A DNA stretch of 56,801 nt, taken from Candidatus Pacearchaeota archaeon. Its GTDB lineage: Archaea > Nanobdellota > Nanobdellia > Pacearchaeales > GW2011-AR1. Every line of letters starts with the position of its first letter. Within the stretch, counting starts at the first letter, position 1. Below the pieces are notes generated by a model. The model was not told the origin of the DNA, did no database searches, and saw only the letters and a program-made list of their open reading frames with translations. A program made the position numbers and the translations under genes. Below, in pieces: positions 26,373 through 34,227 of this stretch. The stretch covers positions 1-56,801 of the forward strand of contig JAGVWS010000034.1 of NCBI GenBank assembly GCA_018304165.1. Direction: 5' to 3'.

Positions 26373-26540
26373 CGCCCGCCCTAAAAAAGCTCGCCAACAA
26401 AAACTCCTTCGCAACTTCGTTGCTCGGTCACGTTGCACTCTCGTGCTTCGCACTCGGAGGATTTAACAGGCATTTTACGGCTCACTTCATTCGCACTTCG
26501 CATAAGCCGATACGTTAGGCGCAATCGGGCTACGGCGGGC
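26373..26540. other. GC-rich structured element closed by nested long-range helices (RNA or ssDNA recombination site)
   Basis: GCCCGCC 26374-26380 pairs GGCGGGC 26534-26540; GCTCG 26389-26393 pairs CGGGC 26526-26530; CCAAC 26394-26398 pairs GTT(A)GG 26514-26519; internal hairpins at 26411-26423 and 26443-26453. Confidence 0.45.
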
Positions 26541-26615
26541 TAATTTATTTAAACCTTCTTGTTTAGTAAGAGTTATGAGAATTTATTTTAATATTAATTG
26601 TTATGGGGTGATAAG

Positions 26616-27290
26616 ATGATTGACTTTAACGAGCTTATTGACAATTACCTGCAAAGGGAGGTTTTTCCGCGCAGTGTCGGAAGGTATTGGCCGAGCGAAG
26701 CTGGGGGATGCCTGAGGAAGACGTGGTTTACATTCAGGATTCCGAAAGAGGTTGAAAAGCCCCTGTCAAGAATATTTGAAATGGGGAATAGGGTTCATGA
26801 TTTAATAGCAGATGTTATACAATCAGAAAAGAACAAACATGTAAAGCTTATAGACAGGGAACTGCCTGTGAAGATCCAGAGGCCGGAATATATTGTCTCC
26901 GGAAAGATAGATGATTTAATTTTAGTGGTAGTTGATGGGACTAAGCACCTTGTTGAGGTGAAATCTGTGAAGTATCTTCCTGGAGAGCCGCGCAGTGAGC
27001 ATTTAATGCAGCTACAGTTATACATGCATTCCACTGAAGTCCATAACGGAATAATGCTCTATGTAAAGAAGGATGATTTTCAGATAAAGCAGTTTGAAGT
27101 CAATTACGACGAGAAAAGTGTCAGGGATATTCTTGCAAGGTTTGACAAACTCCATAAACATCTGGTTGAGGATAAAATTCCCGGACCCGAGGCAAAATTG
27201 ATTGAAGAAAAGAACTGGATGTGCTCCTTCTGCCCGTATGTCAAGGAGTGCGATGAAGCGGGCGGAGTTCTAAGAGATGATGATGCATAG
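26616..27290 (+). CDS. Cas4-like PD-(D/E)xK nuclease with 4-Cys cluster (stand-alone)
   Basis: N-terminal Cys (EAGGCLRKTW), IDDL...VEVKS nuclease core, QLQLY, C-terminal CSFCPYVKEC (Cx2Cx5C). ATG at 26616 preferred over the TTG at 26598. Confidence 0.8.
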   Translation: MIDFNELIDNYLQREVFPRSVGRYWPSEAGGCLRKTWFTFRIPKEVEKPLSRIFEMGNRVHDLIADVIQSEKNKHVKLIDRELPVKIQRPEYIVSGKIDDLILVVVDGTKHLVEVKSVKYLPGEPRSEHLMQLQLYMHSTEVHNGIMLYVKKDDFQIKQFEVNYDEKSVRDILARFDKLHKHLVEDKIPGPEAKLIEEKNWMCSFCPYVKECDEAGGVLRDDDA

Positions 27291-27572
27291 TCAGAAGTCA
27301 TTGAAAAAGAAAGTTAATCAGCCAGCCACACATTATTTTATTATATATACTTTCTAATATTGTAATAGCTTAGCTTTGTAAAGCTCTGACGATAAAAAAC
27401 TAATAATTTTCTGCTAATTTTTTTATTGACTACAATTACTTCATAAAGCTAGATACCTAATGTTAATTTTGGCTAATATGATAAATCTATTGTTGGTTGG
27501 ACAAATATAGTTAATTATTGATTGAAAGTTACTAAATGATATTTTGCTGTTGTTTACTCAAAATAGTATTTG

Positions 27573-27977
27573 TTAATTTTTTGCTAAAGCTCTCTTGGCT
27601 AAATCTGTTGATGCTCCGAGAGATATTAAAAAAGATAAGACATCATTATCATCAAGATTATTTGGCCTGATTATTTTAAGATGATTCTTAAACTTATTAA
27701 TTAGTCTTATATTCTGGATTATTCTGCCAAGTATTTCCGCTCTTGTTTTTAAGTCGGCTGCATTTAATTCATTAAGATCAATGATGAAAATAACATTCTT
27801 CTGCTTAGCCATCCTGCAAAGAACCTGATTTAAACCAGAGTCTCTCTCATAGAGAGAATCACGCTTATTATGAGCGTGGTCAAGAATAATTGCTTTGGTG
27901 CTTTTTCTTTCTATTAATTTTCTGTTAAAATCAGCGTTGCCGCCATGATAAATGCCTTTGCTAGGATCTTCTTTCAT
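27573..27977 (-). CDS. RNase P protein component 3 (Rpp30)-like, N-terminally short
   Basis: GGNADFNRKLIERKSTKAIILD...GLNQVLCRMAKQKNVIFIIDLNELN...RAEILGRIIQNIRLINKF...LISLG follows the C-terminal two-thirds of archaeal Rpp30 by eye. Confidence 0.5.
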   Translation of the reverse strand: MKEDPSKGIYHGGNADFNRKLIERKSTKAIILDHAHNKRDSLYERDSGLNQVLCRMAKQKNVIFIIDLNELNAADLKTRAEILGRIIQNIRLINKFKNHLKIIRPNNLDDNDVLSFLISLGASTDLAKRALAKN

Positions 27978-27978
27978 A

Positions 27979-28664
27979 TTAATTGAATACAACTTCCGTG
28001 CCTATAAATTTCTTTCCTGAAACGAGATTGATGAGGTTTTTAATGTTCCCGCCAACTATGTAAGTCTTGATTTTGTCTTTAAGAATTATTTCTGAAGCAG
28101 TCTGGTCAATTACGAAGTGCTGGCCGGGCTTGTATTTCACGCTGTTGGCGACTCTAACGCATTAACATTTGGAATAAGCTTTGCAGACTTGTCCTTCCTC
28201 GGGTCACTAGTGTATAAACCATTAACATTAGTCATGTTGATGAAAGTTCCTTTCAGGAAGTGGGCGAGCTTTGCGGCTGTTGAGTCGCTTGTCTGCCTGT
28301 CTGCATAGCGAAGAGCTCCACAGAAAACAATGTCATGCTTTTTCAGGAGATTCTTAACATGCTTCATATCGTGCGGAATTCCTTCGTTAGAATCATGGTC
28401 AAAGAAATAACTGACAAAACGGGCATTGGTTCTTGTAATGGAAATTCCGATAAGGCTCTGGAGGTAATTTGAGATGCCTGCTTTTCTTAAAGACTTTATA
28501 TACACCCTGGCTGTGCTTCCTCCCCCGCAAACTATTACAAATTTGTGCTTTTTGGAGAGATTCTTTATAGCAGACTTAAATTCTGAAAGGAAACTATTAT
28601 TAATGCCCCCCGCGGGAACTATTAAGCTTCCACCAAGGCTTATGACAAAAATTTCTTTAGACAT
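27979..28664 (-). pseudogene. pyrH: UMP kinase (archaeal PyrH type) with an apparent frameshift near 28140-28165
   Basis: N-terminal 175 aa (ISLGGSLIV...VIVCGGGSTAR...TSDSTAAKLA...NVNGLYTSDPRKD) ends at TGA 28137. The conserved C-terminus (KYKPGQHFVIDQTASEIILKDKIKTYIVGG...GTEVV) continues in another frame to the stop at 27979. Confidence 0.7.
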
Positions 28665-28748
28665 GCGAAATACCTCTTTAAACCGCTTAACTCCTCATAT
28701 ATCTCTTACTATATAAATGTTTAAAACGAACTCTTGAGTTTTTATAAT

Positions 28749-29333
28749 ATGGTTCTAAAGTCTGAAGAATCTAAGGAATTTCCGCCAGGGGCTGATATTG
28801 CGGTTTATCTTTCTAAAACTCTTCCCAAGTATCTTTGTGACAGGCTGACTGAAAAGCTTTCTCAGATGCATTCATACAGAGTGAGGGTGGGGGAAAAGTT
28901 AGGCAAGGATGAGAGGGGAGAAGATATCATAGCTGAGGATATTATAACTATTGATATAGAGAGAAGGGGAAGAAGGGTCCTTATGAGACCGAGAGTAACA
29001 TCTAAGGATGATAGTGGCTTCTACGGGCTGGAGCTGGATGTATGGATGGAGAAGTGGGGGGAAAGTGAAAAGATAATGAACGGCTCTCTTAGCTCCTTGG
29101 TTGCTTCTCAGGATATAATAAACAACAGACTCAGGGAGCTATTTGGAAATAAGTATTATAATATTATTGGAAGGCTCAATATAATGGGTTTTCAGATACT
29201 TGAATCAGCGGAGAGAGAAGGAGTGGTTACCCTTAGAGCAAGGTTCAATAAGCCATATGAAAAGCCATCTACAAACAGGAAGGCATTCTTTGACGGGCTT
29301 GTCAGACTGGCAATGAAGGGCACTCTTTATTGA
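28749..29333 (+). CDS. Hypothetical protein (ATG at 28749; alternative TTG at 28734)
   Basis: Long ORF, no recognisable motif. Confidence 0.45.
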   Translation: MVLKSEESKEFPPGADIAVYLSKTLPKYLCDRLTEKLSQMHSYRVRVGEKLGKDERGEDIIAEDIITIDIERRGRRVLMRPRVTSKDDSGFYGLELDVWMEKWGESEKIMNGSLSSLVASQDIINNRLRELFGNKYYNIIGRLNIMGFQILESAEREGVVTLRARFNKPYEKPSTNRKAFFDGLVRLAMKGTLY

Positions 29334-29434
29334 TAAATATCTATTGATAGAAAATCTCCACAGATTATTATGCCCTAACTTATTACAGTTGGCTATAATT
29401 TAAGAATATCCTGCAAATTCTTAGTCATCCATTA

Positions 29435-29615
29435 AATTTAAGATGATAATGCATGTTGAGTTTTGTTGATACTTTTTGTTATTGATAATTATTATCCTGA
29501 TAGTTGGCTGAATTTAAGATGATAATGCATGTTAGACATTATTGATAATTATTATCCTGATAGTTGGCTGAATTTAAAATGGTAGTGTATGTTGAGTTTC
29601 ATTAATAATTTTTGT
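29435..29615 (+). repeat. Tandem 60/76-bp repeat array (2 full + 1 degenerate unit)
   Basis: Units at 29435-29510 (76 bp), 29511-29570 (60 bp) and 29571-29615 (degenerate); core AAGATGATAATGCATGTT.GACATTATTGATAATTATTAT. Confidence 0.85.
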
Positions 29616-29672
29616 TTAAGATATTATTGAATTATTTTTATATAAAACTTTATAGCTATAAATAAGAAATCT

Positions 29673-29966
29673 TTACTTCACGACAAACAATTCTGAATCA
29701 TCAACATCAAAAATTCCCAGCTTTGAGCCGGTGTCAAGCCATCCGTGGGCGTAATTAAGGGCGGCGAAGGCATTGATGAAGTCGCCTTTCTTCCTGAAGA
29801 ATTCTGCATCACTAATATAACGCTCAGCCATGTCCAGAATCTTTGCAGATTCCTCCTTCCTTTCTTTATTTACAGTGCTCTTCGCTTTTTTCAGGGCGCG
29901 ATTTGAAATATCAAAGTACTTTGTTAGTTTTTCTGAAGTTATTTTGTCAGATGTATCGGGGGGCAT
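29673..29966 (-). CDS. DUF357-like archaeal protein
   Basis: RYISDAEFFRKKGDFINAFAALNYAHGWLDTGSKLGIF matches the DUF357 pattern; ATG at 29966 preferred over the TTG at 29981. Confidence 0.65.
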   Translation of the reverse strand: MPPDTSDKITSEKLTKYFDISNRALKKAKSTVNKERKEESAKILDMAERYISDAEFFRKKGDFINAFAALNYAHGWLDTGSKLGIFDVDDSELFVVK

Positions 29967-30006
29967 GAAGAAGGGGGACAAATATACTTTATAAATCCCT
30001 ATTCAT

Positions 30007-32331
30007 ATGACATTAGTAAGAAAAATGACTGCAAAAAGGGGTTCTGGAAGAAAAAAGATTATAGTAATTATCGGAATTATTTCTATAATAATTCTTGCCT
30101 TCATGCTGGCAAGACCAGGAACATCCGGGCTTGCAATATATAATCTTGGCTCTTTCGATTCATCAAACTCCTTAACAAGCTGGTCTGAAAATGAGGCTGA
30201 CGGGGACGGAGATTTTGTCGATTATTCTGTTGATACTACAGCATATTATTCTGGAGGCGGAAGTCTGAGAGGAGCGAGCGAGAGAGGAGCCGGAAGGAAC
30301 TGGAGCGGAGAGTATTTGTATAAAGCAGCGCCGATAACGACGCCCCAGCAGAACAATGTTTATATTAATTTTTACTGGAGAAAGTCATATGATAACAGCA
30401 CGCCAAATTATCATAGAATGTACATTGCAATAAAGAGGCCTGATAATTCAAAACCAATAATATGGGAAGATTCTTCACAAACATGGAATTCATGGAATCA
30501 GGTATCAATAGAAGCATCAAATTATTTTAACCAGAATGGAAATTATGAAATCCAGCTGCACTGCGATTTAGTTAATGGAAATGCTACCGGCGATTCTCGG
30601 TCTCTGTGCTGGTATGATGAGTTTACAGTAGATGTGCAGAATGATTCGCAGGGCGGGGGCGGAGGAGCAAGTCCTGTGTTCTATTCTTATATTGAAAGCC
30701 CCGCCAATAATTCAGAGTACAGCCCTTCAATAACTTATGAATTTAAAGTTTCTGTGACAAACAGCGACGGAAGCGTATGGGCTGACTTTGATAATTTAAA
30801 CAGGACAATGGCTTCATATTCGGGGAATTCTTACAGGTTTCTCATTCCAAATCTGAGCGCAGGAATTCATTCATTTTATTACTGGGGATGGAGCGCCGGA
30901 ATTCCAAAGGCAAGGAATGCGAGCGAGAAAAGATATTATGAAGTGAAAAGAGCGGGCTCTGATGCCAAGATGATAATCAATGGCGTGAGGGGAAGTGCAG
31001 AAGCCATTAATGGAAGTTTGGTTTGCCTGTCTGCAGAAGCTCCTTATTACGCTGATGGCTTAAGGACATTATATGTTAATGGAGAGATATACGGAAACAT
31101 GAGCGGGAACTTTCAGAACTGCACAATTTTTAATAATTTTGGAAACTATAATGCCTCTGCTCATTGGGATGGCGGAACTAATTACGTCGGAGATTGGGAG
31201 GGATGGCAGCTGAAAATTGTCAGGGAGCAGGAGGCTTATTTAAGGCAGAATCCAATAATAAAGATTATTTCTCCTGAAAATAAAACATATCAAAGCGGAA
31301 CTAAGGAGATTAATTTTTCTCTAAAGTCAAGCATTGAACTCAAGGAATGCAGGTATTCTCTTGACGGAAGAGAATCTGCTGTAATGAACAAGACAAACTC
31401 AACAGATTTTGCAATTGAGAAGGTTGATGTTTCAGGTAAATTAAGCCATCAGGTTTTGTTTGTGTGCAAGGACAATTTCGGCAATGTTTACAATGTGCAG
31501 CCGCTGGTAATATTTAGCATTGACAAGGAAAGTGCAGTTGCTTCTGATGAGCCAGAAGAAGAGGAGCAGGAGAAGATTATTAATGAGGGCAGGAGCTGCT
31601 TTGCTGTGTGGAAGTGCACTCAATGGTCTGATTGTTCCGGCATATCTTATGATATAGGAGATGTGATTAAAGGAAGGATCAATGTTTCCGGGGAAAGAAG
31701 GAGGGTTTGTTACGACACTCAATTGTGCGAGAGCGCTAAAATAGAAAGAGAGAGGTGCGATATATCAATACCTGTGGAAACTAAAGCCGGGGAATGGTGC
31801 GGGGAGAATTATGTGGAAGTGTATGAGAAAGACGGAGGAAAGATTGTAAGCAGGGTAAGAGAGGAGAAGAGCGGGCTGGGAGACAGCAAGAGAAGGAGAG
31901 TTGATGTGGGGTTTGTAATCAGCGAGATTGGAGATTACTGCGATTATTGCTACAATGATATTAAGGATTTTGATGAAACAGGAATTGACTGCGGAGGGCA
32001 AAATTGCCCGAGCTGCTCTAAGATAACTTCAAATGCCATACTTTCCGGAAATCATGTTAAAGCAGCTCTGACTGCGCTTGAGATTGTTTTTGCAAGCGCG
32101 ATTTTGTCTTTCCTGTTTTATTGGTTCTTTGTAAGAAGATTGATGCATGATGAAGAAGAGGATATGTCTGAAGCTGACAAAGCAGCAGAATTGGTAAAAG
32201 GCGCTTTGGCCAAGGGATATTCAAAACAGCAGGTAATTGAGCTGTTCAGGAAGAAGAACTGGTCTGATTATGAAATAGATGAGATATTCAGGAGAATAGG
32301 AGAATCAAAAAATTCTGGCTCGGAGAGTTAG
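30007..32331 (+). CDS. Large (774 aa) surface protein with N-terminal signal anchor, Cys-rich module and C-terminal TM + cytoplasmic tail
   Basis: IIVIIGIISIIILAFML N-terminal helix; Cys-rich region (CFAVWKCTQWSDCS, CDYCYNDIKDFDETGIDCGGQNCPSC); TM ALTALEIVFASAILSFLFYWFFV. Confidence 0.7.
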   Translation: MTLVRKMTAKRGSGRKKIIVIIGIISIIILAFMLARPGTSGLAIYNLGSFDSSNSLTSWSENEADGDGDFVDYSVDTTAYYSGGGSLRGASERGAGRNWSGEYLYKAAPITTPQQNNVYINFYWRKSYDNSTPNYHRMYIAIKRPDNSKPIIWEDSSQTWNSWNQVSIEASNYFNQNGNYEIQLHCDLVNGNATGDSRSLCWYDEFTVDVQNDSQGGGGGASPVFYSYIESPANNSEYSPSITYEFKVSVTNSDGSVWADFDNLNRTMASYSGNSYRFLIPNLSAGIHSFYYWGWSAGIPKARNASEKRYYEVKRAGSDAKMIINGVRGSAEAINGSLVCLSAEAPYYADGLRTLYVNGEIYGNMSGNFQNCTIFNNFGNYNASAHWDGGTNYVGDWEGWQLKIVREQEAYLRQNPIIKIISPENKTYQSGTKEINFSLKSSIELKECRYSLDGRESAVMNKTNSTDFAIEKVDVSGKLSHQVLFVCKDNFGNVYNVQPLVIFSIDKESAVASDEPEEEEQEKIINEGRSCFAVWKCTQWSDCSGISYDIGDVIKGRINVSGERRRVCYDTQLCESAKIERERCDISIPVETKAGEWCGENYVEVYEKDGGKIVSRVREEKSGLGDSKRRRVDVGFVISEIGDYCDYCYNDIKDFDETGIDCGGQNCPSCSKITSNAILSGNHVKAALTALEIVFASAILSFLFYWFFVRRLMHDEEEDMSEADKAAELVKGALAKGYSKQQVIELFRKKNWSDYEIDEIFRRIGESKNSGSES

Positions 32332-32368
32332 TAATTAGTTGATAATCTCTTGTGAATGTTCAGCTAAA

Positions 32369-32514
32369 GTTAAGTTGATAATATATCGTGAATGCTTAGA
32401 AGCCATTAAAATTAAAATAACAATGCATGTTGAACATTATTGATAATTATTATTCAAACTTATTTCTAAACTTAAGTTGATGATGCATGTTGAACATTAT
32501 TGATAATTATTATT
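32369..32514 (+). repeat. Second array of the same 60-bp-period repeat family
   Basis: Perfect 32-nt duplicates ATGCATGTTGAACATTATTGATAATTATTATT at 32423-32454 and 32483-32514, plus degenerate copies at 32341-32400; same orientation as the array at 29435. Confidence 0.85.
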
Positions 32515-32593
32515 AAAGATATTAGCTGAATTATTTTCTAGATACCTCATAGCTTGCTATATATAGAATGTTCATCTGATTTTAATTCTACTA

Positions 32594-33127
32594 TCAATTT
32601 AAATCAAGCTTTGATTCTTCTATCAGCTCTTCGGGGTTCAGATAGCGCGTTATTGCGAAACGGCTTCCTGCAAAGTCAGAGATGACTGCAGTAATCTCAA
32701 GGTTTTTATAAGAAGAATTAAAAACTCCTTCTGAAGGTCTGGTTTTTGAAGCGCTGGCAAATTCTTCTATTATCCTCTTTATTTCCTCTTCGTTCAGAGG
32801 CACGGGAATAATATCTGTTTTATTTGGTTTTTTTGTGAGCAGGAATTTATTAGGGCCGGGGCATTCTATTGCATATATTTCCCTGTCTTTGAGAAGCTCG
32901 TTTAGTTCTCCCAAATTTAATTCACCATTATAGATGCTTTGGTGTATGTTTATCTGAGCATCAATATTTTTTTTAGCAGGTGTTTCTTCTGTTGCTTCTA
33001 AGTGTTTTGCTAAATACCTTAATCTGTTGGTTCTTCTGCTAATGCTCTTATTATTGTCTACGCTAACCAGTATCTCTCTTGTAAATTCCCTTAGAAAGAG
33101 CCATGCCTGTTCTTTTTCAGTGAGCAT
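32594..33127 (-). CDS. Stand-alone N-terminal domain of a FlaI/GspE/VirB11-type secretion ATPase (no ATPase domain)
   Basis: IYAIECPGPNKFLLTKK...IPVPLNEEEIKRIIEEFASASKTRPSEGVFNSSYKNLEITAVISDFAGSRFAITRY parallels the N-domain up to the conserved ..ftIRKf; ORF ends ~20 aa later, before any Walker A. Confidence 0.5.
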   Translation of the reverse strand: MLTEKEQAWLFLREFTREILVSVDNNKSISRRTNRLRYLAKHLEATEETPAKKNIDAQINIHQSIYNGELNLGELNELLKDREIYAIECPGPNKFLLTKKPNKTDIIPVPLNEEEIKRIIEEFASASKTRPSEGVFNSSYKNLEITAVISDFAGSRFAITRYLNPEELIEESKLDLN

Positions 33128-33267
33128 AATTATACCTGTAGATTGATATACTTAAAGTTTTGCAATTTATGATTTGTCAAGAATACATAACTAATTTAAA
33201 TAGCACTTATAGCAGAGGCAAATAATACTCTTAATAACTAGTTAGCCTTAGCACCTATCCTTATATG

Positions 33268-33319
33268 TCAGAATCGTTAGATTCTGAGCATGCTCAAAAA
33301 CTAACTCCAAAGTTTTTGA
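33268..33319. other. Divergent double hairpin (TCAGAATC-gtta-GATTCTGA, 6-nt linker, TCAAAAACT-aactcca-AGTTTTTGA)
   Basis: Two perfect 8-9-bp stems, each starting TCA and ending TGA like the canonical double-hairpin family; preceded by G as in the other copies. Confidence 0.5.
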
Positions 33320-33501
33320 CAGGCAAGGGTTAGATTGTTTTGTAGTTGATAAATTACCTATAGCTAACCCTATGCGGATAGACTCTTAGCACATGCATGC
33401 AACTTATAACTGCCCTTTAATATTTATTAGTAAATTAAAATTTATTTTTACAGCTAAATCTGGTACCAAGTTATCACAATCATCAATGTTAATTAATAGT
33501 A

Positions 33502-34077
33502 TTAAACCTTCGGGAGTTTTCTGTCAAATCCAGATCCTGAAATTTCAGAGTTTTCCCGGGATTCTTCCATCTCTTTGCCTTCCCTGCCTCTTGTTTCAAG
33601 GCTGGCTGAGAATTCCTGCCTCTGTCTAAGCATGGGATTGCTGAATCTCGGCTGGCTTTGCATGCTTTGGGGCTGGACTGAAGGCAATTGCTGGGAGACG
33701 CCTCCATATAACTTTTCTTTTAAGTCATCTCCCAGAAGAGACAAGCCTTTGGCAATTGTTTTATTTTGGTCGAGAAGAGTGTTTAATTTGTTGAGGAATT
33801 CTGCCTCTTTCTGGAGGTCGCCGCCAGCACCCATGCCTCCTGAAGAACTGAAGTTTCTTTCTGCGAAGCTTTTGGCGGATAATTCAAATATCTGGAGAAG
33901 CTTTGATATCTGGCCTGAAAGGAGCTCTAGTTTTTCAGCATTCCTTGCCATTACTCTCTGAAGGCTTACAAAGTTTTCCACAAGAGCCCTGTTAAGATGC
34001 TCTGCACCGGAGCTTGAGAAATGCGCGCTGCGATGTCTTGCAGAACTGCTGCCGGATTTCCTCTTTTTTGCAGGCAT
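33502..34077 (-). CDS. Hypothetical low-complexity/coiled-coil protein
   Basis: Longest of several overlapping ORFs; duplicated BRE/TATA-like box (TATAAACTTTTCAGATGAGGG x2 at ~34160-34222) upstream. Confidence 0.4.
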   Translation of the reverse strand: MPAKKRKSGSSSARHRSAHFSSSGAEHLNRALVENFVSLQRVMARNAEKLELLSGQISKLLQIFELSAKSFAERNFSSSGGMGAGGDLQKEAEFLNKLNTLLDQNKTIAKGLSLLGDDLKEKLYGGVSQQLPSVQPQSMQSQPRFSNPMLRQRQEFSASLETRGREGKEMEESRENSEISGSGFDRKLPKV

Positions 34078-34227
34078 ATTTTAGACAGGAAGGAGATGTT
34101 TAAAAATCTTTGGAATTCAGATTTTTAAGCCACGAGATTTCTTCGAGAAATCTCGATGTTTATAAACTTTTCAGATGAGGGGATTTGTTGAATAATTGTA
34201 TAAACTTTTCAGATGAGGGTGTTTAAA

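Noticed and set aside
26373-26540. tRNA or Nanoarchaeum-style split-tRNA half (GCCCGCC-GU-AGCC start looks like acceptor + D stem; GC-rich complementary leaders)
   Set aside because: There is no T arm (no GTTCGAAT-type loop), the would-be D loop is 21 nt, and no anticodon arm can be drawn.
24454-27299. Canonical integron
   Set aside because: There is no IntI-type integrase or attI nearby. The R'' partner (CGCCAAC) is imperfect. Two of the three R'-like cores (GTTAGTT) violate GTTRRRY. Cargo orientation is mixed. I keep it only as 'cassette-like with a possibly novel site type'.
29435-29615. Repeat arrays at 29.4 and 32.4 kb as a CRISPR array
   Set aside because: The units are contiguous tandem repeats (60/76 bp) without unique spacers. 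They are AT-rich and non-palindromic in the CRISPR sense, and no cas genes are adjacent (the Cas4-like gene is 2 kb away and stand-alone).
33489-33961. Overlapping ORFs 33489-33707 (-) and 33575-33961 (+) versus 33502-34077 (-)
   Set aside because: Only one can be real. The longest, which has a duplicated promoter box upstream, was kept at low confidence. The region is compositionally odd, so none is certain.
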